From: Candidatus Bathyarchaeia archaeon
Lineage (GTDB): Archaea > Thermoproteota > Bathyarchaeia > Bathyarchaeales > Bathycorpusculaceae
Assembly (NCBI GenBank): GCA_050012255.1
Contig: JBEKHN010000002.1
Location: forward strand, 1-64,000
Length of the DNA: 64,000 nt
Reading direction: 5' to 3'
The stretch's first letter is position 1. Each line of letters starts with the position of its first letter. A program made the position numbers and the translations under genes. Positions 1 to 8,662 of this stretch are shown in pieces. The notes below the pieces were generated by a model that saw only the letters and a list, made by a program, of their open reading frames with translations, did not search any database and was not told the origin of the DNA.

Positions 1-135
1 AACCTTCTTTCCATATTCACGGAACTTTTTCCCGCAACACTCGTACTGCTTAACATGTATCTTTTTGTTCCTGCCCATATCCCACTCCTTTATCGGCGAT
101 TCAACTTCTTTTCCACAGGTCGGACACTTAGCCAT
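1..135 (-). CDS. Cren7-like small zinc-binding chromatin protein (3' end runs off the window)
   Basis: Not in the ORF track. Reads MAKCPTCGKEVESPIKEWDMGRNKKIHVKQYECCGKKFREYGKKV, with GGAGGTGA SD at 143-150. The P-x-K-x-W ... Y-E-C-C-G-K-x-F-R pattern resembles Cren7-family proteins. Confidence 0.65.
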   Translation of the reverse strand, partial: MAKCPTCGKEVESPIKEWDMGRNKKIHVKQYECCGKKFREYGKKV

Positions 136-716
136 TTGTCTGTCACCTCCTTCAAAGGTTTTAAGATTAAAAAACAGGGTATTAAAAACAAGGCGTTGTT
201 TCCGCGTCTATAGGGCTCCGTAGAGCTTGGTTCCACACCTAATGCCCTACCAATCTTCTTCCTCTATTTCCTCTCCCTCTTCTTCTTCCTCTTCGCTCAT
301 AGCGTTGTGCTCCAAAATTAGCGCCCTTGGGTCAAGTCTATAGCGCTATTAATAAGCGTGTGGATAGTCAAGCATGCTCCTTAAAGCGCGCGCTAACACT
401 TTTATTCAGGCACCCTTCAGTCTTGGATGGGTTTTCAGGTTCAATCCAACAAATGCAACTGGTGCCTGTCAGTTTGCTACAGGGTTGGATCATTGGAAAC
501 CCCTCGCGCGCGCTATGCCTTGTTTTCTGATTACAAGATAGCTGCATGAACTTCCACGCTTATGATAACTCAAACAGGGTCACACTAGAAAAAGCCTACG
601 TGAGTTCGTTTCATTATCACCCAACTTGTAGCAAGAAAACTAATCACCGCTGATGAGCCAGAACCTGACCCATCAGAAGGTTTATCAAGTTTACAATGTA
701 ACTACCAGAGATCTTA

Positions 717-1463
717 ATGCAGATACAAGAAATGCAAATTGAAGTCAATCAGTTTTTAGAGTCTTTGAATGTTGACATGCGAGTTATCATTGTTACCAAT
801 TGTCGGGACGACATAGCAAAGGCTATCGGACTACATATTAACGGCACGATTCCTGTCGTGAATCTGAAAGTCAATGTAGCTTTCGGAAACGTGTCCGTAA
901 ACAAGGATTATTTGAACAGAACTCTAACCTACGATGAACAAAGGTTCATGTTGGCACATGAAACTTCCCACATCTATCTTAATCATGTTGTACCTCGTGC
1001 CATTGATGGATTCATAGATGAACTCATGAGAAACTGCAAAAGCGATGTTCACGCCTTCCTAAAGGGGGTACAAGTGTTTTTGTATCTACTCAATATCCCT
1101 CCCCCTTTGTCTGTCATCGCTAAAGAGCAAGAAATAGCTGCCGATGTCAGAGCGATATCTCTAACAGGAAATGAGAATGCTGCTATCAGTTGTTTAACCA
1201 AACTTGTTAATGGAAATCTAGATGACACCTCCCATACTTGGGAAGCACTCGGTGTCAAAATGCCTGTTATGACTATGAAAGGACGTATCCAAGAGATACA
1301 GCGAAGATTATCCAGTCTATATCAATATGTCTCCAAACCATCTTCATGTCTGAAATCATCCGAAATTTCACAGGGAAAACCATTCGACGCAGACTTCACA
1401 GAACCTCAAAAAGCAATACCGCAAAAAATCAAATCATCACCCGACTTGCACCACGAAGACTAA
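717..1463 (+). CDS. M48/HtpX-like zinc metallopeptidase
   Basis: HETSH (HExxH), downstream EQEIAAD third-ligand motif, late SH...RI motif. Confidence 0.75.
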   Translation: MQIQEMQIEVNQFLESLNVDMRVIIVTNCRDDIAKAIGLHINGTIPVVNLKVNVAFGNVSVNKDYLNRTLTYDEQRFMLAHETSHIYLNHVVPRAIDGFIDELMRNCKSDVHAFLKGVQVFLYLLNIPPPLSVIAKEQEIAADVRAISLTGNENAAISCLTKLVNGNLDDTSHTWEALGVKMPVMTMKGRIQEIQRRLSSLYQYVSKPSSCLKSSEISQGKPFDADFTEPQKAIPQKIKSSPDLHHED

Positions 1464-1705
1464 TCACCCGACGATAGACCAGAACCCAGAGCGCGCGCGC
1501 TAACTTCGCTCAGTCTTCAACGCTCCACTAAATATATTTCTGATAGAAGGACTAATCCCTTCTCCCAATATAAGTAGAGGACCATTAAAGTGACCGTGAA
1601 ACTTAGCGCACGCTATCATTTGTAACAACTACCCGCGCTTTTGGAATGACCAGTGATGAGAGTTGAGTGTGCGAGGTGTGAAATTGGTCGAGCTGAAAAG
1701 AGCGT

Positions 1706-1963
1706 TTAAGTGCTAGTGACTATTTCTGCTCCTGCGGCTACAGGTCCTGGTGTCGTGATTTTGATTCTTAAATGGTCTCCGGGCTTTGCGTTACCAATGA
1801 AAACTGGGAAGCCCTTGATTCTGGCTATGCCTTCCCCTTGAGGGCTTGTTTCGGTTATATCCACTTCGTATTCTTTTCCAGTCTCAACTGGGCAGTTTTC
1901 AATGCCTCTGCCACGTTTGCTCTTGGCATTTCTCGGGCTTCTTTTTCGCGGACTCATTGGCAT
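1706..1963 (-). CDS. TRAM-domain RNA-binding protein
   Basis: PVETGKEYEVDI...GEGIARIKGFPVFI..AKPGD, typical of archaeal single-TRAM proteins. Confidence 0.85.
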   Translation of the reverse strand: MPMSPRKRSPRNAKSKRGRGIENCPVETGKEYEVDITETSPQGEGIARIKGFPVFIGNAKPGDHLRIKITTPGPVAAGAEIVTST

Positions 1964-2219
1964 CTTCCTTTTTCTGCTTTTTTGATGATATGATTATCGT
2001 CCCTCAGTGGCTTAAGTGTTCCGCATTTTACTGCTCGCGCTAACCCAATTGAAAGTGCGATAATCTATAGCCGCGCGCCTTACCTCTTTGTTGTCTCAAA
2101 ACCCGAAACAAGCGAAGCCTGCCTATTTCTAACCTCTTAGTTCTCTCAAGACTCTTTGCTATGGCAGTCTGAGCCCCATGGGTTTCATATAATAGGAATG
2201 GAAGAACAATAGTCGGAGT

Positions 2220-2807
2220 GTGGTTGCCGTGTCAGATGATGATTGGTCTGTAGCAGTTTTCAAATGTGCACCAGAGAATGTCAGAAGTGTTCTTCTTGAA
2301 TTCTACGGTTTTGTGGTAGACCTTGTAGGGGTTAAGAATCTTCACTTTTTGATCAGAGATCGCGTTGAAGGCGAGGTTGTTGTCAGCTTTCGCGTGTTGA
2401 CAGAAAAGAAGTACCACGAAGTTGTTCAGAGCAAGATGAACTACAAACTCGGAATTCTTGTTCCCGACAAGTTCGCAGTCAATCCTGACTCACAGAACCC
2501 GTTGAACAAATATGTTGCTTGGGGCACCGAAAAAAGAATATCCAAATCGGGTCTTGACAAGTTTCCAGAATTCTGTAGTCTTCTCAGCAAGATGAGTGGT
2601 TTGGTCATAGAGATGCTGAAGGACGACTATTTTGGTTCCAATGAGAGAGTTGAAATTGCCCATGTGATGTCATGGATGCTTGGCTGTACTGAGTACGGGA
2701 AGATGAGCCCAACACACTGGGAACTTGGGTATTATGACCGCATAGAAGACAAGTGTCGTCCATACCTGAGACAAAACTTTCCACAGACCCAGAAATCTGA
2801 AACATAG
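2220..2807 (+). CDS. Hypothetical protein
   Basis: 195 aa ORF filling one (GC)n-bounded segment, with an upstream TATA-like sequence. Confidence 0.7.
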   Translation: MVAVSDDDWSVAVFKCAPENVRSVLLEFYGFVVDLVGVKNLHFLIRDRVEGEVVVSFRVLTEKKYHEVVQSKMNYKLGILVPDKFAVNPDSQNPLNKYVAWGTEKRISKSGLDKFPEFCSLLSKMSGLVIEMLKDDYFGSNERVEIAHVMSWMLGCTEYGKMSPTHWELGYYDRIEDKCRPYLRQNFPQTQKSET

Positions 2808-2920
2808 CTTCTTGGACAATTGTGTGACGGCTCAACGAGCGCGCGCGTTGTAAAAAAAGTCAAATATATCACGTTATGGTATTCTAAAAAATACTGATAA
2901 AGAAAGGATGAGAATTTAAA

Positions 2921-3482
2921 ATGAATGAGACTTTAAAATTAATAAAAAGCCGGAGGAGCAATCCACCAATTCAAAACGACACAGATCAGTGACGACGAAT
3001 TACGGACAATAATGGAGGCGGCTATATGTGCACCTAATGCGATGAACCAGCAAAAATGGCATTTCGCTGTAATCCAGAATAAAAGTATCCGCGATAGGAT
3101 GGTAGGAATCATCATTGAAAACATGAGAAATTCCGGTGTCGAGTTTTTGGCGGCAAGAGCCAGAACACCTGAGTATAACCCATTTTATGGAGCACCCACT
3201 GTTGTCTTCATTAGTGCTGATGAAAAGACTAAATTCTCTCAAATAGATTGTTCGTTAGCTGCTCAGAATATCGTCCTGGCCGCTGCCTCTTTAAATATTG
3301 GCTCCAATATCCAGACATCACCAGGTTTTCTTTTTGCCTCTGAAAAAGGGAACGAGTTAGGAAAAGAGCTGGGAATTCCGGATGGATACAGCTATGTCTG
3401 CAATATAACGCTTGGTTACCCAGATGGCCCCAATCCCGACGCCAAACCCAGAAGGCAAGAGGTTATTACTTATATCAAATAG
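2921..3482 (+). pseudogene. Nitroreductase family protein with a +1 frameshift near 2960
   Basis: ATG 2921 gives MNETLKLIKSRRS. Removing one A at about 2960 continues IHQFKTTQISDDELRTIMEAAICAPNAMNQQKWHF. RRS and APxxxNxQxW are nitroreductase motifs. Confidence 0.8.
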
Positions 3483-3537
3483 AAACTGCGTCTGGTAATC
3501 GCGCGCGCGGCCCGATTTGATTGAGAGAGAGAAAAAG

Positions 3538-3563
3538 ATAAAACTTTACCCCCCAAACCCAAA
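3538..3563 (+). repeat. 26-bp element, inverted copy at 8817-8842
   Basis: ATAAAACTTTACCCCCCAAACCCAAA versus the reverse complement of 8817-8842, ATAAAACTTTACTCCCCAAACCCAAA (25/26 identical). Confidence 0.85.
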
Positions 3564-3758
3564 CCCAAAGCAGTCCCGTCCTTGGGTAGCGAGCTTTAAC
3601 TCAACGGTTTCTCATAAGACTTAGCTGGTGAAAGTCGAAATAATCACGGCGCCTATGATGACATCACGTCAGCATGAAGGGATTTAAGTTCGGTTCTTTT
3701 TTCCCAAGATGATCTGACATTAAATTGATTCTGAGGCGCCACAACACCATGCGCGCGC

Positions 3759-3867
3759 TACTGTTCCACACTTCTTTAGGCATTAATCTGTAAAGAGAAG
3801 ATTCCCACACTGTCGAAGGAGCAAGCTCAATTGTCAGCTTCAAAATCTCTCGCTTCCTAGACTTCAA
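3759..3867 (-). pseudogene. N-terminal fragment of an HNH-type endonuclease-like protein, cut at the (GC)n run 3751-3758
   Basis: LKLTIELAPSTVWESSLYRLMPKEVWNS resembles the LTIELVPxxxW...W N-terminus of a small HNH nuclease family. The resemblance ends at the GC run. Confidence 0.55.
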
Positions 3868-4043
3868 TAAGAATAAATGCGACTTTTCACAAAAAGGTTT
3901 CTGGGTATTCAGTTGGTTGAACATTATTTTGATATTGAAACTACTGGCTATTGGCTAGCTGTCTTCCCATGATGTCCTAGCATATTTACAGCAGGTTTAT
4001 CTTGAAAAAGGCGATAGACAATTGAAAGTTGAGGTGATAGAAC

Positions 4044-4202
4044 ATGAGTAGAGAACAGAATCCCCGCAGAAAACCTATCAATAGCGCTCGACGTGATAGA
4101 GCTAAGGCCATCAAACGAGAAGAGCTCGTGGTGGAAAGAAGCAGAAGAGAAGATGATAGCCCAATTTTGTCTTTTCACCTCCAAAACATGACTGGCAGAT
4201 GA
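4044..4202 (+). CDS. Small basic protein, 52 aa
   Basis: GAGGTGA SD; MSREQNPRRKPINSARRDRAKAIKRRELVVERSRREDDSPILSFHLQNMTGR. Below the ORF-track cutoff. Confidence 0.55.
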   Translation: MSREQNPRRKPINSARRDRAKAIKREELVVERSRREDDSPILSFHLQNMTGR

Positions 4203-4207
4203 AATAG

Positions 4208-4351
4208 ATGGCTCGAAAAGAACGATGTTCCCAATGTGGAAGTAAGAAAATAACAGTCCAAGCCAGTTCTAAGAAGTGTGAAGTCTGTGGATTTCAGTGG
4301 AGTGGAAAAATGGGAAGGAAGACTTCAAGAAAAGAAAGAACAAGATACTGA
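4208..4351 (+). CDS. Small zinc-ribbon protein, 47 aa
   Basis: MARKERCSQCGSKKITVQASSKKCEVCGFQW..., two CxxC motifs, 5 bp after the preceding ORF. Confidence 0.7.
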   Translation: MARKERCSQCGSKKITVQASSKKCEVCGFQWSGKMGRKTSRKERTRY

Positions 4352-4628
4352 GAGAAGATTAGATGAGCCTCTGTATCCTTTGACTTCCTTCTCCTTGTTC
4401 TTTGGCGCGCGCGAAGTTTTCGCGGGAATAGAGCATCGCTTTTGGCATTTTGGCATTATTCGCAAGAGCCCTTGACCATCGAGCAGTCCTATGGAGAATT
4501 GAGAAAACCAAGTATATAATATAGAATCGGTTTGCCCTGTTTTCCATAGGACAATCTAAGCAGGCTAAGACGTTGGTGCAAGCGCATGTACAAGATGGCA
4601 AAATCGTTGCGTTCGCTCAGCGAGCGAT

Positions 4629-4742
4629 TTAGTATTCTTCCTTCTTCCAGATGTTGTAGGGACATTGTCTCCAGCAGTACGTGCTGCTCTTGTAAATGCA
4701 ACCCTGACATTCAAGTCTGTCAAACCGTCTACGCCTGCTCAT
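4629..4742 (-). CDS. Small Cys-rich protein, 37 aa
   Basis: MSRRRRFDRLECQGCIYKSSTYCWRQCPYNIWKKEEY, CxxC...CxxxC. Confidence 0.45.
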   Translation of the reverse strand: MSRRRRFDRLECQGCIYKSSTYCWRQCPYNIWKKEEY

Positions 4743-4860
4743 AAACAGACTCTCTCAATATTCTTATGACACTTCCTTCTCATTAAGTCTGGCCTCACTC
4801 TGCAGCGCGCGCGATAAACGTAAATATGCAGGACTTCTGATATGTTGTGAGGAGTTTATT

Positions 4861-4965
4861 ATGGTCAAGTGCGCGAAATGTGGTAAAGATATTCCTGCAG
4901 GACAAGAAGTGAAGAAAGGCATCTTAACAAAAAAAAGCTATCATAAGGAATGTGCACCCAAGTAG
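4861..4965 (+). CDS. Micro zinc-finger protein, 34 aa
   Basis: MVKCAKCGKDIPAGQEVKKGILTKKSYHKECAPK (CxxC...HxxC), GAGGAG SD, upstream TATA-like sequence, downstream T-rich tract. Confidence 0.7.
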   Translation: MVKCAKCGKDIPAGQEVKKGILTKKSYHKECAPK

Positions 4966-5185
4966 AGTCAATACTCATCAGTATTGCACAGGCACTTCCC
5001 TAACCTTTATCCTCTGAAGACAATTATTTTCTTTTATCTTTTTTTCTTTAGTGTCTCGACTAATCCGTATGGGTCCAAGCGCGCGCACCAGAAACGTCGT
5101 AAGTGCACGTCAAGACTGTTGTAGTTAAGATTTAAGACAGCCTTAAATATCAGAATGGCGAGCATCCTGAGAAATAGGGATTTGC

Positions 5186-5818
5186 ATGAGTAAGGAATCG
5201 GCAGTCTGTAACCCTGAAGATGTACGGTTTAGGAACATAATTGGAATGGGATTGGACTTTTCTTCTATGATAAGACTCTTCAAAAAAGACTCAGAGACCA
5301 CGTTGTGGGAGAAGATAGTTGAAGATCATGGACCAAGAATCTTCAAAGCCCAATCTAAAGAGGAATTCGACGAAATTCACAAGGAATTTTGTAAATGGGG
5401 ATCGAGAAATATAGTACTGGCTCAAAAAAGAACAAGGAACGGGCGCATCATAAAGGAAGGGCCAGCAACTTACGGCCAGATTGCAAAAACCTTCAACGTT
5501 GCTTTGAAAGTGGCTGTATATTACTGTCATCTGCCTGACTATCAAAGAAGTGCTAAGATTGTGGAGTGGCTGCATGCAGGTGTCGATACCCGTATGATGG
5601 CAATGCTCAAGAAAAGGCTGAAGGGAAAACACCCAGAGTACTTCGAGGGTTGGCCAGAGGCGGTGAAGGATGTGGACAGCGAAAAGAAATACTCGGAGCT
5701 TCAAGAAGTTGTTCGTATATTCATCAGGGAGAAACACGACGAAAAGCTTCGGTTGCCAGTGCAATTTGATGACGTCTATTGGTATAGAATAACACAAGGA
5801 CTCGAAAAGGATTGCTGA
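5186..5818 (+). CDS. Hypothetical protein, possibly HhH/Ogg-like alpha-helical fold
   Basis: 210 aa with a TTAAATA promoter. Motifs GQIAK, HAGVD and C-terminal FDDVYW. Confidence 0.7.
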   Translation: MSKESAVCNPEDVRFRNIIGMGLDFSSMIRLFKKDSETTLWEKIVEDHGPRIFKAQSKEEFDEIHKEFCKWGSRNIVLAQKRTRNGRIIKEGPATYGQIAKTFNVALKVAVYYCHLPDYQRSAKIVEWLHAGVDTRMMAMLKKRLKGKHPEYFEGWPEAVKDVDSEKKYSELQEVVRIFIREKHDEKLRLPVQFDDVYWYRITQGLEKDC

Positions 5819-5831
5819 ACTAGCATGCGCG

Positions 5832-6200
5832 AAATATCACATTGAGGTCAGAGTGACCATCGAGAAAGCCTTCCGGTTGAGGCTTATTGACACTCAGACA
5901 AAGAACGGCCGCAAACACCGCAGGGGTATGGACACGCTGAATGCGATCAAGTTCGCCCCTCAAACTGTGACCAAAGCTGCAGAGGAAATGTTTGGCACTA
6001 GCGAATACAGGAAAGTGCTGGTCGTCTGGGATGTTGAAGACGAGAGCGTGATTGAAAAAGGGAAAAGTCTCTATAGGATTGAAATTTGGAAAATGTCAGA
6101 CCTCATAAACCAGCTAACGCAACGAGTGAACACGAAATCATACCGAGATGATGTTTTGAGGACGATTCAGCTTATTTCAGCAAGAGTCAGAAATTCCTAG
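5832..6200 (+). pseudogene. C-terminal fragment of a PD-(D/E)XK-like nuclease
   Basis: Frame is open from the GCATGCGCG junction as KYHIEVRVT.... It contains an (E)x(K/R)-like motif and a YRKVLVVWD strand. No convincing start or N-terminal half. Confidence 0.45.
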
Positions 6201-6332
6201 CCTTGTTTTGGTTCAAGGTGTTCTCCGACCCCCTCCCCCTAGTCTTTGCTGCCTTTCGCCACCTCTACAAGAAAAACTTTGCGGGTCTGTCACAGTTCTG
6301 GGAGGATAGAGAGGGCAGAAAAAGTCAAAGAG

Positions 6333-7933
6333 CTATTCGTCCATGTGCCCCTCTTTCATGAGCGTTGCCAAAATCTCTATCGTGTTCGAGATGGATGAAT
6401 AGGCAGAGTCGAGCAATTCTTCGTGATTTCCCTTGATCTCAAGAGCCTGTAAGACAGCAAGATCTATGGCACGCCTGACCTGATTTTTAGTTCTCAGTTG
6501 CTCAAGGATAGACGGAAGCTTTACCTTCGCATGTCGCTGGAAGACTTTGATGAGTTGCTCTCTCTGCTCCGGCTTTAGTTTGGTTGAGTCAAGAACGAGA
6601 AACCTCTGAAGTATGTATTGGTCAAGTCCCATAAAGGCCCCTTCTGTTTCTGCTCGTCTCGAAAGGATCTGAGCAATGTTAACTGTGGAATTGAACCATA
6701 ATGCCAGTATTTTGGCATCTTCATCACTCAATCCTCGAATGGCCCAGAACATTTTGCACGGGGCTATTGCTGATTTGCTATAGAAAGCCATGGCAGACGT
6801 ATTTTGTGCCGAGAGATTGAAGCGTCTTGAAACTGTCAGTTTAGTCCTTCTGTTTTCAAGGTATTCTCGCCACTTCTTGACATAATTCGATAGATTCTTT
6901 CCTTTCTCGACTAGTTCTTTTATGAAAAAATATTGGTCGCCTGTGAAGCGAGAAACTATGGCGTAATCCAAGTCGTCTGAAACGTCTATAGACTGGAGGC
7001 CAGCGGGTCTCCTTAATGCAGGGATTAACGCTTTCTTAGGAACGCTTGCCTCCACATCTACAAGTCTGTCTTTAACCAGAATAGAGTCCGTCCCTGCCTC
7101 TTTCAGAATCCACCTGTCATCTTTCTTCATGGCATGCCGTTCTGAGGACAAAATGAACGCAGAAGAGACTGACACTGGCTTCCCTGTCCAATGCTCTATT
7201 CCTCTGACTATCTTTCCCTTCCTAGAATCTAGGAGTGTCTGCAGAGTCTGAAGTTTGTCTCCCGCCTGCTGTGAACAAACGTCTAGCAGAGACTCGGCAG
7301 CTTGCGTTGATATCTTGCCAAACCAGTTCTCAGTCGAAATCTTAAGTTGACTCTGTTCCACAAGCCTTGTCGATAAATCTGCGTCATCTAGTTCCTGAGA
7401 CGTGCTTTTTGATGAAATTATCTCATCTGCTAGAAAATCCGAGTCTGCTGCATCAACAGGGATACGTTTCAAATTGACGAAGAGACATTTGGAGACGTTC
7501 AATCCTTTTTTGGTCTTGGTTGCGATTAGCAGCATCTCTCTAAATCTTGCAGCTTCTGAGAAAGCAGATCTCTGCTCGGTTGTGATAATGTAGTCTAATC
7601 GATAATTCTCAACGAGGAATTTCCGGATTCCTTCCAGGCTCTGGAGTCTAAGGACTGTGGCTGGGAGGACAAAGGCCATTCTTCCATCATCTTTGAGAAA
7701 CGTGTCAGCTAAAAGAATGAAGTAACCATGAAGTCCAACTTGTCCAGTTAGAACATCAGAATACTGTTTGAACCGATCTGCCAACTTGCTCTTGTACTCA
7801 TCAGGAAGACGTTCTTGACGCGTGAAAGGAGGGTTCATTATAACAACATCAACTCGTTCAAGAGGAATAGAGTCCCCACCTACTCCTTCAGAAGTCACAG
7901 AGCCTTTCTTAACGTACGCTTCATCAGAGAACT
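6333..7933 (-). pseudogene. 5'-truncated amino-methyltransferase/specificity part of a type IIG (Eco57I-like) restriction-modification protein
   Basis: VDVVIMNPPF motif IV, LKDDGRMAFVLP and a TRD region with ILALWFNS. Motif I (SAM-binding) and the N-terminus are missing. The ORF begins at the GC run 7934-7943. Confidence 0.8.
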
Positions 7934-8034
7934 GCGCGCGCGCTGGCATTTTATCAAGCTCCCTTAATGTCTTATTTTCTTTTTATCAGCTTTCTTTTTT
8001 ATGTGTTTTTTCTTTCCCATTTTTATCACCTCCA

Positions 8035-8242
8035 TCAATTTTGTTTGGGTGGCTTTTTGTAATGTTTGATGAGTTTGTATGTGCCAATGAATAGTAGTGA
8101 TAATGCTGATACTATGGCTATGAGGTAGACTATTGGAGAAGACGATTGTGTCAGAAGCACATTTGACTCGTGCGAGAGTTGGACAAAAATGAAAAATGGT
8201 TCCTGTAATTGTATGAAGGACTCTTTGAATAAAAGAAGGTAG
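8035..8242 (-). pseudogene. C-terminal fragment of a membrane-anchored protein
   Basis: Open frame without a start from the GC junction at 8243: ...SSPIVYLIAIVSALSLLFIGTYKLIKHYKKPPKQN* (TM helix plus basic tail). Confidence 0.45.
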
Positions 8243-8338
8243 GCGCGGGCGCGAGAGAAAAGAAAAAACTCATCGGCGGGCTATAAACAAAAAAAGAAGA
8301 AGAGTACCTTCTGAAAAGTATCAAATTGTCTTAATGTT

Positions 8339-8662
8339 CTATAGAGTTTCGATCGTTACGCCTAGCTTGTCACTCTTTTTTATGTCTTCAGATGCTTTGA
8401 GATTCTTTGAAAGATCGGCGTATTTTAGAAGATTATAGCAGCTTGTCTTTTCTCCCTTCTTTTTAGAGATGTCGGCTTTAGTTTCAAATGATTCAACTTT
8501 AGCTATGGTGACCTTAATCCCTGTTTTATTGCTTGTAACATCCTCTAATAACTCGAACTGTTTCCTATGCTCATCAGATGTAAAGAGATTGTTGATTTTT
8601 GTTTCCTCTCCCTTCTTGACGTCTGAATCGGCTACTAACTCGATGCTACCCAATTTAACCAT
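8339..8662 (-). CDS. Hypothetical protein
   Basis: 107 aa, AGGTGA SD, AT-rich, fills one segment. Confidence 0.65.
   Translation of the reverse strand: MVKLGSIELVADSDVKKGEETKINNLFTSDEHRKQFELLEDVTSNKTGIKVTIAKVESFETKADISKKKGEKTSCYNLLKYADLSKNLKASEDIKKSDKLGVTIETL

Noticed and set aside
247-300. 17-aa acidic ORF MSEEEEEEGEEIEEEDW (minus strand)
   Set aside because: Too short and low-complexity to support as a gene.
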